A stretch of DNA of 63,180 nucleotides, the filler included, from Folioceros fuciformis (taxonomy: Eukaryota): NCBI GenBank assembly GCA_049999805.1. It is 3 parts of 3 records of this genome, joined end to end, with 100 filler letters (N's around TTAATTAATTAA, not from the genome) between each part and the next. Parts side by side here need not be neighbours in the genome. Positions count along the whole stretch, not along the records: positions 1 to 21,383 come from JBNGIO010006342.1; 2 more parts are not named here. One strand, written 5' to 3'. The stretch's first letter is position 1; each line of letters starts with the position of its first letter. Under the pieces are notes generated by a model. The model ran no database searches. It had not been told where the DNA came from and was given only the letters and a program-made list of their open reading frames with translations. The position numbers and the translations under genes were made by a program. Shown one piece after another: positions 1 through 11,014 of the stretch.

Positions 1-85
1 AATCATTCATTGTTTTTTCCACCCTTGCGCGAGTGCCGATTACATCAATATCCTCTGCAACCTCTGCGGCGCTCCGCCACTTCTC

Positions 86-1072
86 CTAACTGCTGGGCCA
101 CAAGCCTGGTGGTGGCGGAGTTTCTCCATAGAGTAGCTTGAACGGGGCCACTCCTGTAGCAGCATGCTTCAACGAGTTGTACGCATACTCCAGCACAGGG
201 AGGAGTTCTTCCCACCTTGTTTGTTTCTCATGGGTGAAGTGACGAAGCATATCTTCCAGGACCTCGTTCTGTTTCTCAGTTTGGCCATCTGTCTCTAGGT
301 GATACGCTGACGACAAGTTTTGCTTGATGCCTAGGGTTTCCATGAAGGTTTTCCAGAACCCTGAGGTGAACTTAGGATCTCGGTCAAAGACGATGTCTTC
401 TGGGGCTCCATGTAACCTGAAGATTTCCCGGACGAAGACTCCAGCTTGCTTGGATGCTGTGATGGTGGAGGTCACAGGAACAAAGTAGCAGACCTTGGAG
501 AACCTGTCAGTGACCACCCAGATACTATCTTTTCTAGATCGGGTACGTGATCGGTGAGTGATGAAATCCATAGCAATTGACCTGAACCGTCCACTTGGAA
601 TTTGTAGGGGTAACAGCAGGCTCGGCGTCTTCTGATGGCTGGGCTTGGCTTGCTGACAGGACTGGCAAGAGCGCACCCATTCGATGCAGTCAACGCGCAT
701 CCCTTCCCAATGGAAATGTTCCTTGACCTTGGCATATGTCTTGTCAATGCCCAAGTGGCCCGAAATTGGTGAATCATGCATGTCATGTAGGATGGCTTGT
801 TTCAACTCCGTGAGCTGTGAAGGGATGACCAGTCTCCCCTTTCAATACACACAAGCATCCAGGAGTGAATACTGCTGGGTAAGTGCTGTAGGGACCCCTG
901 TCTGTGCATCTGTCAATAACTGTCTGTATAGTTTCGACAAGACTGGGTCATGGAGAATTCCATCCTGGACTAACTGGATTGTTTGTGTCTGGGTTCTCAT
1001 GAGGGTGCAGGCACGCCGACTCAAGGCATCTGCAACCACATTAGTTGAGCCTACTACATACTGGATTTCCAA
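86..1072 (-). pseudogene. Gypsy integrase (HHCC zinc finger plus DDE core)
   Basis: HDSPISGHLG...CQSC, AMDFIT, VFDRDPKFTSGFW, HLETDGQTE. The upstream YVVGSTNVVADALSR linker lies in a separate ORF (842-1072) ended by a stop. Confidence 0.93.
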
Positions 1073-1157
1073 GTGGTAGTCTGCCAGAGCTTCAGCCCAT
1101 CGTCGCTGCGAGCATTTAGATTGGGTTGAGAGAAGATCTAAATGTTAGATTGTTAGA

Positions 1158-2376
1158 CTAAAGATTAGAATGGTTGCTGCAAGGAGTGGTGGTCGGTATA
1201 ACACACCACTTTCTTCCCCAGGAGGTAATGTCGCCATACCTTAGGGCATGTGTAATGGCCAACATCTCCTTATCCTGCACTGGGTAGTTTAGTTGTGCTC
1301 CTTGCAACTTCCTGCTTTCGTAGGCGATTGCCCTTCCTTCCTGGGACAGAACTGCCCCTATGGCATAATCTGATGCGTCTGTGTGGATGGTGTATGGCAT
1401 GTGAGGATCTGCCACTGCCAGTACAGGCGTCGAGCCAAGGGCATGCTTCAGCTGCTCAAAAGCTACGACAGCCTTGGCTCCCAACTGGATGGGCTTGTTG
1501 GTGGAGTGCCGGAGGGCATCCGTCAGGGGAACAGCGATCCTGCAGAATCCCTTGATAAAGCGTATGTAGAAGCCGGCCATACCCAGGAACCCTCTGAGTT
1601 GGGTTATGTCCTGTGGCAAGGACCAGTTCATCACTGCGCTGACCTTACGTGTGTCAACCTGGATGCCCTCTGCACTGATCACATGTCCCAGGTATTCACA
1701 CTTTTCTCTCATGAAGACGCACTTGCTTCTCTAGCGGAACAGTGTGTTGGCCCGTAGCAAGTCCAGCACCTTCCTAACCAGCTGGAGATGGGTTTCAGGG
1801 TCAGGGGTGTAGATGAGAATGTCATCTAGGAAGGCTTCAACGCCATGTCCCAGCAAGCGTCGCAGCACTACCTGCATGAGACACTGGAAGGTGGCAGGGG
1901 CATTGGTAAGACCAAACAGCATTACCCTGAATTCGAAATGGCCATGTCGAGTTCGAAAGGCTGTTTTGTGTTCATCTCCTGACCTGATCCAGACCTGGTG
2001 GAAGCCAGATCTGAGATCAATCTTGGTGAACAGCTTGGCTCCACGCAATTGGTCGAGGATCTCGTTGATCCTTGGCATCTGGTAGACGTTTCTCACTGTG
2101 GGTCGATTGAGCCCTCGATAGTCTATGCACAGCCGCCATCCTCCATCTGGTTGCCACATTTGGTTTGGCAACCAAGAGGACTGGAGCACCAAAGGGTGAC
2201 ACAGAAGGTTGTACGAAACCCTTCTGTAAGAACTCATCAACCTGTTTTTTGATCTCTTCGTTTTCCATTGTAGATGTCCTGTAGGGCTGGACACTAACCG
2301 GTTTGTGGCCTGGAAGTAGCTCAATGGCATGGTCTACGATTCGTCGAGGAGGGAGCTCTGTGGGTTTAGCAAACAC
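1158..2376 (-). pseudogene. Gypsy reverse transcriptase and RNase H (frameshifted)
   Basis: WRLCIDYRGLN, KIDLRSGFHQ, FGLTNAPATFQ, FLDDILI, YLGHVIS, HTDASDYAIGAVL, YPVQDKEMLAI. Confidence 0.95.
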
Positions 2377-2568
2377 ATCCTAATACTCCTAGAGCAGGTC
2401 CTTCATCGGCTGTGGGAGCTGGTCCTCGTGGACCTTAGCTTCTGCGGCCCTTGACTCCGCAGTGCCTTCTAAGGGAAGCACCTTCTTGAGCTTTGCTATG
2501 TACATGAATCTGCCCATAGCAGTTGCTTTATTGAGAGCAGAGACAGCAAACAGTTGCTTGTCCGGGAG

Positions 2569-2934
2569 CTACTGTTCCCCCTGCATGACGTATGTCTGAT
2601 GGTCTTGCAGGAGGTGAACAACGTTTTTCTTCCAGTCCACCTCCAGCTGATACGAGTGACTGGCTAACCAAGGCTTGCCTATGATCAAGTCGTGGCAGAG
2701 CGAGGGCATCACGGTCAGCATGAGAACCTCCTTGAACCCTCCTGGAAAGGTAAGCTGTGCTTGTGTCCACTGTTCTCTCCTTGTCTCCTTCTTGCCTAGG
2801 GCTGTGACCACTGTGGAGACCTGACCTGTGTCCTTGACTAACAGGCCAGCTCGTTCTACAGCTGCCTTGGACACATAATGATGATTGGCCCCAAAGTCAA
2901 GTAGCCATGTGGCCCATACTCCGGCCAATGACAC
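2569..2934 (-). pseudogene. Retrotransposon aspartic protease
   Basis: LLDFGANHHYV (degenerate D-S/T-G) and DLIIGKPWL. Confidence 0.85.
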
Positions 2935-3044
2935 CTCAAGTTTGATAGGGATGTGAGCTAACTGGCATGCAGCAACTGATCCGAGTTTACTTGCAGGGTC
3001 AATGATGGCCGCAGCTAGAGTGGGTTCACTAACCTCTGTGAGGG

Positions 3045-3830
3045 TTATGACGTGTCCACTCTTGACAGGTGCTGGGGAGCGCCGCTCCTAGTGGACTTGC
3101 CTGTCTCGTTCAGCCAGCTTATGAAGTCTCTCCTGAGTGGGCATGATTTCGAACCATGTCCAAAGGTTGCACAAGTAAAACACTTCCTGGCCTTCTTGTA
3201 GTCTTCCTTCTCTTCCTCTATGAGGTTTTTGAAGGTGGGCTTCTTTTCTGTGGTGTTGGCAGACTTGCTCCACTTGGGCTTGGGAGGACCTGTTGAGGAA
3301 AGATGCTTGTACTTGTTGGTGCCATTGTTGATGGCTGCCTTCATGGCCTCTACCAAGGCTATGGGGTTTGTCTGGTTCACGTCTGCCCGCATCTCGAACC
3401 TCAACCCGTCGATGAACTTCTCAATTTTCTGTTCCTCGTCCAACCTAGGCATGTCCAGGGTAAGTTGTAAGAACTTGTCACAGTACTCTTGAATTGTGCC
3501 TTGTTGGAAGATCTTCCTGAACTGCTGATACAGGTCTTTGTGGTGGTTCTCTAGTAGGAACTGTTCGAGGAAGATCTATCGGAAGATTGGCCAAGAGTAG
3601 ATCGGGGACTCCATGCCGAGGTCGACTTGTTTCTCCCATTGGCACCACCAACGGTATGCATACCCCTCCAATGACATGATGTAGAACTGGATCTTTTGCA
3701 GGTCATCTTTGTCAGAAGCAGCAAGATATTTGTCAATTTTGTCTAACCAATCATGGACGCTCTGGGCATCCTTGGCTCCTCCATCGAAGGTAGTTGTCTT
3801 GACTTTCCGGTGGAGCTCCTTGTCCAGCTA
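3045..3830 (-). pseudogene. Retrotransposon gag with zinc knuckle
   Basis: KIEKFIDGLR and CFTCATFGHGSKSC (CX2CX4HX4C). Confidence 0.85.
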
Positions 3831-5168
3831 AGGCCTGGTTTTGAACTGGAAGTCCTCACCCTCTTGCGCTTTGCTGTTGGTTCTTCCCCGCTTGTTCTCC
3901 CAGTGTTCATACCTCATCAGCTGTAGGCGCCTGACCATGGCCTTGAGGTCCTTATTGTCCTTCTCGCAAGGTAAGAGTTCCACGACTAACCTCTTCAGTT
4001 CCACGTCTATTGTGCTCAAGTCACGTTCGCTAGGAATGGTTGGTGTGGCCCTTGCTTCCTTCCTACCCTCAAGAGCCTGACCCAAGGATGCCAAGGGAGT
4101 CGAATGGTGTGTGCCCTCAGCTGACTCAGTGGGCCTGGATGTCTTGTGGCAGGGTGAGAGTGGCGGGGGTCCTGGGGGTGATGTTTGCTCCAGCATCTGG
4201 AGCACACCCTCCAACTGCCTTTCTAGCCGCGTCTGCCCCTCCTCCACGTGGGCTTCGAGCCTGGCGATCGACTCCTCGACCTTCTCAAGTTGGTGGCTTT
4301 GGCCGGAGAGGGAGCTGCACGACTCCTCACAGGTATGTTCAACCCCGTGGGTCCTCCCTTCCAATTGCCGTAGAGCCGATTATTTGGCTAACTCCTCCTC
4401 TGGTGGGTCCTGGCCTCCTGTGGATACAGGTGGTTGGGGCCCGTTTAGGCCGATTCCACCTCGTTTCCGAGGCCGCCCTCGCCTCCTGGTCCCTGGTTCG
4501 GAGCAGTATTTGGCAGGAATACTCGTGGGTTCTGGCCCGGCTATTCCTTCCACCGGTTGGACCTCTGCCTCCGGTTGGATTTGGAGAAGGTGTGGGAGCT
4601 CCCGGCGTTGCCTCCTCGCCTCTTCTATCTCCAAGGAATCCTAGACTTGCCTCGACTCGACTCGCGCTTAGGTGGGAGTGAGGTGCCGGTCTTGGGAATT
4701 GGGTCCAAGTTGTTGCGCCCGCTGGCGGACCCGATTCCCTCCAGTGGATTCTCTCCTTCACTCCCGCTGGAAATCTGTCGGTCTCCCTCCAAAGTTAGGA
4801 TGTAGTCATTCATATTTCTGGCTGATCTGTGCGCAGATTACAGGTGTTCTCACGTTCAAAGTGGTTGCTAACCTTCTGGACGTGATTCTTTCCAGGCTTC
4901 CCCAACTACTGGCGCCTTCGAACCTGTCTAGCGCGGTAGGTCTGTTGACTCCTGCGGTCGCGTCTGCCTCCCTGCACTCAATCCGCCAGGGCGCGGGCTT
5001 GATTACTTCTTGGCGACCCGAGTCTTGGTTGGGATTGGTCCCTCCGCCACGCTAGGGGCTCCTGAATCATGGGGAGCCTCCTCCCTCTAGTACGGCTGAG
5101 CCTAGCCTCAGCGATCCTGTCCGCTGACTCCTAGATCCGGGGTCTGGGGCCTGGGAGTTGTTGGACAG

Positions 5169-5182
5169 TGGCTCTGATACCA
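5169..5182 (-). promoter_or_regulatory. Primer binding site complementary to tRNA-iMet
   Basis: Minus strand reads TGGTATCAGAGCCA, complementary to the 3' end of plant initiator tRNA-Met, immediately next to the LTR. Confidence 0.92.
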
Positions 5183-5183
5183 T

Positions 5184-5596
5184 AGATGCTACCACCAAGA
5201 GGACTTGCTTAGTGGAGATAGGACCCCGCTGTCTTTCTTTGTGATCGTACTTATACATGTGTTTGGGACTAGCCAAGAAATAGGCGTCCCTGCCCAACAA
5301 CTAGGGTTGTTGGGCCGTTAGAAGTGTGTTAGAATTAGTTATTCCTAAGTAAAATGCTTAATGTTTGTTTAGGGGCTAGTTTATCTAGGGTTAATTACTG
5401 ATTCGATTTAAAGGTTACACAAAGTCACGTTAGTCTAAACTTGTCTTCAACCTGGCTGTCTGTCCCGTTTAGGAGAGTCTCGTTAGGCACCTTCTGGGTC
5501 GGTTCCTGCTGCCCCGTCCGGCTATGGCTGGAGGCGGCTTTGTTCCCGTTAGCTACACACGCAGATTGGCCATGGTAGTGCGTGTGTCAGTCATCA
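5184..5596 (-). repeat. 5' LTR (~410 bp) of the Gypsy element
   Basis: Abuts the PBS; plus-strand ends are (A)GATG...CATCA, a degenerate TGATG...CATCA terminal inverted repeat. Boundaries are inferred because the partner LTR is outside the window. Confidence 0.6.
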
Positions 5597-6921
5597 AGAC
5601 TGAGTTGTCAAACACTCAGATGAAGGGACATTTGAAGAAGAGCCAAGCCCAAAGCTCTTCGTCAATTCAGCTCAACTGAACTTCTTCTTCTCTCCCGCTA
5701 AACAGGCTTCTCTCTCTTGGTGGCATCTACAACCTCATCGTCACTGCATGACGAGGTCTCTTCCCGCAGTGCCCACCTCATAGCAGAGGCAGGTCAAAGC
5801 AGCTCATTCCAGCATATGGAAAGTTCACACATAGAAAAGATAAGCACAAGTTGTTGGCGGAATGAGGACCCATCTATAGGGTTCACCAGCACTCTGTCCA
5901 TTTCCGTGTCCATGAAAGACTCCATAGGGCTAAGGTGTGGAGGGGGCACATTGGTATGTATGATCGGCTAGTTCGTCTTTTCGTTTCACACTTTGCATGC
6001 ATTTTTTATACTTATCGGGTAGATGAATTTCCTGCGCAAAGGGAGTTGAACCTATAGATATGTTTGTGTCGAGTGGGCAGTAATAGGATACCTACAAGTT
6101 TTGAGCTTTCATTAGCACATCCTTAGCAACTTGGAAAGCAAGATGAAAGAGCATTCTGTTTGCAAGCAAGTGCTTTCAAGCATTGTGCTTTCAAGCAATC
6201 TTACAAGCAAGTTTGCTTGCAAGCACAATCTTCTTTCATGGCAAAGGATGCAATTCCATTACTTGAAATCCTTGCCTACAAGTGTAGGTAGCCTCCTTGC
6301 TTTAGATGGAGGGGCTCTTGTAATTAGGAGTGTTGAAACTCTTGGTTCCCTTTTACATCTTACTCAGCCTTTGAAACCTTGTCATTAAACCTACTATAAA
6401 TGGTTCATTCAAACTAGCTATACAGTTCACTGTAGGTTGTTACTCACAAAGGCCCTATTCCATATTATAGCATTTAAGGAGTAGTACGTAAGTTCAAAAA
6501 GGCTTGGTTCCATTCCCGTAGGGTCGTTTCGCATGGGCAAACTTTCTTGGTCCAAGCATGAACACAAGTAAGCATTTTCTTCCAAGCCAGGACCAATTTC
6601 AGTTGGTGAGCTCAAAAGTGGCAACACAAGCTACTTAGACAATAAGACCGTAACAATCCAAACTAGGAGACCCTATTTCAAGTTGCTTGAATCATTTCAT
6701 GCTTTGAAGATGCAATATGCTAGATGTTTGATACTTTGGCCTATCTAATTAAGGGCATAGATGTTTCACATGCCCAACTAATAAGATGATTCTAGCTTTT
6801 TGTTCTCAATTTGCATATTGTCCTCATGTTTCTTCGCTTTAAAATGTAAAGACCTAGTGTGCCTTATGGTCATAGATTTAAACAAAGATTGGTTTTTCTT
6901 TTTTTGCACAATAGGAAGTAA

Positions 6922-7039
6922 ACCTTGGACAGTCTTGGAATTCTTTCTCCCTTTTGCCAAGTTGTCATTAGAGCCTAGCTAGACCTTGGACAGTCTTAGA
7001 ATTCTTTCTCGCTTTTGTAAAGTTGTCATTAGAGCCTAG
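6922..7039. repeat. Tandem duplication, 61-bp period
   Basis: ACCTTGGACAGTCTT...GTTGTCATTAGAGCCTAG occurs at 6922 and 6983. Confidence 0.85.
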
Positions 7040-8739
7040 ACTTGTGTTGGAACTAGTTTGTTTAGCTCATTTGTGGTGCACTCTCTCCAAAAAGTTTCTA
7101 CTCCTCATTCTTGGAAAGAATGAAATTACTGTTTGAAAAAATCCACTGCAATATCGTATCTTCGGGACATTGTTAATTAACTATGTATTGATTAAAACAT
7201 GTATAACAATGTGGATAATTAGTCCTTCTGGATTCACAGCTATTGGCAATTAGTCCTTCTAGATTCATGTTTTTACTACTCCACACCAAGCCATTTATGC
7301 TATCTTAAACCCTTTGATAGAAATTTGCAAGGAAGCTGAATCAGGCCTTGGTTCTCTTATCCATTTGCTAGTAGCCACCCTTGCCATTAGGGATTGCTCA
7401 CCTATAGTTCTTTATCTTCTTGTAATTAGTCAACATTGCTTCCCACTTATCTTTGCATTGCCGCAACTATTCTAATCATTCCATGTGATAACCTCATTGG
7501 CAATACATGTACACATGTTTTAGTCACCCCATATGAAAAAAAAATCTCACTCACAATATTTGCACACCTTATTGAACTTGCTGCTTGCAAAACAAGCAAT
7601 TTAGCTTGGGACCATCTCTTATTGTAAGAGGGTGGCTGAGAGTTCATTTGGTGGAAATCATTTGCAGTAGTATTACCAAGTGCATTTCACCTTGAAAGTC
7701 ATGGATTGTCAACATTGGCAAACACGGCCATGATGTACTCAACTTGTAAACATTGTGCTTGCAAGCAAACTCGTACGGCTTCAAGAGAAAGTGACCATCA
7801 ATTTCTTTTTTTGGTGAAGAAAAAAGGATTCAAATTAAGAACAACACAAGGTTGCAGCAAGGATTGCAAAAGAGCAGCATTAGCAATTGAGCTATGAGTT
7901 AGTGTTTAAAGCTAGCTTCTAGACTTAAGCAACAATCTACTCTTGACCTACACTATTATCTGAGTTGTTCCCTACATCCCAAGTGGGGAGATAACCTTAT
8001 CTGCCCCATGGACAAGAGTGATTCCATTGGTTATTGTGCGCGAGAAAGCCGGCTGATTTCCGCTCTTTCCGCTTGAACTTGGTAGAAGCATATATTCGAA
8101 TGTTGTTAGCGACCACTAGAGCCTGTTCTCAAATACACCATAGCAGAGCTTTACTCGACACTAGGTATCTCCCTCCATAGACCACCGACGTCCAGTTCTA
8201 CCACAGGGAAAAGAGTGAGGAGGCCATCAACTTAAGTTCACTAAGAATGACAAGTTGTGTAGGTCACGAAACTCTAACTCTAGGAATATATACCTATTTT
8301 GGGTACCCCTATTGTGAATATTATCACTTTTTTGTAGGAGCAATGCATGATTAGGTGTGTTCATTAACATTTTCTGTCATTAGTAATTCCCTTGTCTAAG
8401 TCTAGGTTAGTGCAAACTTGCAATTAGGTCCTTCATAGAGATGAATGTGAATGGCATTTTTATCCCTGGATATTTATAATATTTTTTCATTTTACTATGT
8501 TGAAATGTTAAATCTTTATGATTAGTATTGTAAAAATAATTATTAATTTATAATATAAATATATTTTAAGCTAGGTTGGTAGGACAGTGAATGCTAAGAA
8601 AAACAAACTTCATGTGGTTAATATGGTTCGATACTATTTAATTTATAACCTCATATGTAGATTAAATATGCATTTTAATTCAATAATTATCATGAGATAA
8701 TAATAATTTTCATGTATCCTAGTTATTTTTTTAAAACCG

Positions 8740-8990
8740 TATATATAGCTTTAATAGGTATTTTGATTTAGTATTAATATATAGGTATTTTAATTTAGTA
8801 ACTATGATGAGATAACAGTTTTCATATAGGTTTAAGAGGTATTTTAATTTAGTAACTATGATGAGATAACAATTTTCATATAGTTTTAAGAGGTATTTTA
8901 ATTGAGTATTAATATATAGGTATTTTAATTTAGTATTAATATATAGGTATTTTAATTTAGTAACAATGATGAGATAACAGTTTTCATATA
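8740..8990. repeat. AT-rich minisatellite
   Basis: Repeated GGTATTTTAATTTAGTA(ACTATGATGAGATAACAGTTTTCATATA) modules. Confidence 0.8.
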
Positions 8991-9222
8991 TCTTAGTTAA
9001 AACTTTAAATTCAATAAACTCTTGTACTTCTATATCTCCTTGGTCATCTTATCTTCGCTATACATATAACCTAAGGTCAATTTAGCTCAGAACACTGCCC
9101 GGAGGTCTGAACGCAAATCTAGGATTCACATCTCTTTTTTTTGGGTAACCAAGTGGGTCAATTTAGCCTAGCGGCATGTCGATCTTCCAAAATGTTTAAT
9201 GGATAAATTGAAGAGCTGATTG

Positions 9223-9295
9223 TGGAGAAGGCGGGCATCGATCCCGCTACCTCCCGTATGCGAAACGGGCGCTCTACCATTTGAGCTACTTCCCC
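9223..9295 (-). tRNA. tRNA-Ala(CGC)
   Basis: GGGGAAGTAGCTCAAATGGTAGAGCGCCCGTTTCGCATACGGGAGGTAGCGGGATCGATGCCCGCCTTCTCCA forms a full cloverleaf with anticodon CGC, the G3:U70 alanine identity pair and the ATCGA T-loop typical of tRNA-Ala. Confidence 0.95.
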
Positions 9296-9339
9296 GTGTG
9301 CTATAACATGGATCACTTTATATATATATATAGTTTTTT

Positions 9340-10250
9340 TACGCACAACGAACAGCACAGTCCATGCCACTTGTCCCTCAGCGGGAGTGCTCCCGAATGA
9401 ACGTTGTAAGGTCTGGAGTTGCATCAGGGTCATGGACGGGCTGCCATTTTTGCTGGACTGTATCATCATTCCAAGCAGGTCGTGGCCGTCGGGGATGCTC
9501 CTCGTCCTAGCCATTCAGTGCCTGAGCCCGGCCTTGTTAGAGAAAAGTGGCTGCCAGGAGGTAGAACGGTTGGAACCAGCGGTATCCGTTGCTCGTGACT
9601 TCGTAAGGGTACACTTCGGAGTACACTTGGAAATCCCTCTCCATCCTGAAAGTGGTGCTCTCCGCACAGGTTATGTGGAACTGCAGCATGATGAGATTGA
9701 CATCACTCTTCATTAATTCCTGGTGGTGGTATGTTTTACACTGGGCCTGATGCTGGAGATGTCTCCCGAACTGAACTGCAAGTGTATGATTCAGGACAAT
9801 GTTTGTTCGGAAAAACTCGGGCCAAGCACTGTGACACATATAAAAGGGTATCAGATATATGAGATATGGTGAACCTCCAGAATCCGAAGCTAAAGATCAC
9901 ACACCACTCCGAAGAAACTTAAGCAATATCTCCGCCTACACTGCATGCACAGCAGTTTATTTGCTCCTGAGGCCTCCAGGACTTCGAGTCTTAGTTTGTT
10001 GTATCTGCAGCATTTCAGTACAAGGTTTATTGAACAAGTGCGGACAGAAGACCTGTTTCCATTCAAGGTGATCACTGATTTCCATGTTTGTGGTCTGCCG
10101 ATATTCTGCGCTTATCTGAAAAATTTGTTGCCCTTGTACGACGTATCTACAATCTGTGTCTCGCAGGAAATCTGAGAGCCTCACTCCCTGCTCCCAGCAA
10201 AGTCTTGACGATGCACAGAACGAGGAGGTCGTCAAGCGGACCATTTTCAC
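9340..10250 (-). pseudogene. Degenerate F-box-like gene
   Basis: PLDDLLVLCI, then a frameshift, then SRLCWEQGVRLS resembles the F-box motif. Downstream fragments (MMIQSSKNGS) resemble F-box-associated repeats. No intact frame. Confidence 0.35.
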
Positions 10251-11014
10251 CTTGTGATGTCTTGGCCCTGCATCCCGGCTGCCCGAGTTCTTTCATCAGA
10301 GCTTCTGCTTATGCTCGCCACAGGATTTCCACTTGTCGGTCTGTGGCAGAGCGGCCACAACGGCGGTTCGGGCAGCTTTGACTAACGAGCTTCTTGTTTG
10401 GTGCTCAGCCGAAGGACCCGAACCTCGTCCCAAAGTCTGTCCTCGCACTGCCTTTTTCTATGTATTTCGACAATTCTTGCTCTTAGAGAACCTCATATAC
10501 GGTGCAAGTATGACCGCCATTGTGTGTTCCTGCGTGATGGCAGCACGGTGTCTCTGCGGGAGCGTATGGATCAGCAAAAGTTGCCGGGTCGAGAAAATGG
10601 CTGTAGTAAATCACAACAGCGCTCATCCTCGTTTCGAGAGAAGGTGCAGAGGCCTACCGTGTAGAGGTGGAGCAAATTGGCCTGGGATGATCGATCGCTT
10701 GGATTTGCACGAAACTCGGATATCTCCCACACCCTGAAATCGTTGGCTTCACATTGCAAATTCAGAAAGTGGAAAGAGCAAGCGTGCAAGCATCGATGCA
10801 GCTTTCTGAGCGTTCCACAGCAACAGATTGATGCACTTCATGTACAATTGTTATTTTGGTCTTTTGCAGAACGAAGAAACTTACAGGGCCGAATCGAGCT
10901 CTGTGTCTAGCAATGAAATATTCGTCGTCTACAACAAGCACAAACTCCTACTTTCTCTGTTCCGGTGACATTCATGTCTCCAGACTCGCTAAGCTTGGCC
11001 ACTGATGAAATCAC

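Larger units (their letters stand above)
1..5596 (-). mobile_element. Ty3/Gypsy LTR retrotransposon, degenerate (frameshifts and stops); 3' end runs off the window start
   Basis: Minus-strand order is 5' LTR, PBS, gag (CCHC knuckle), protease, RT, RNase H, integrase, which is the Gypsy order. The pieces are split over several frames. Confidence 0.95.
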
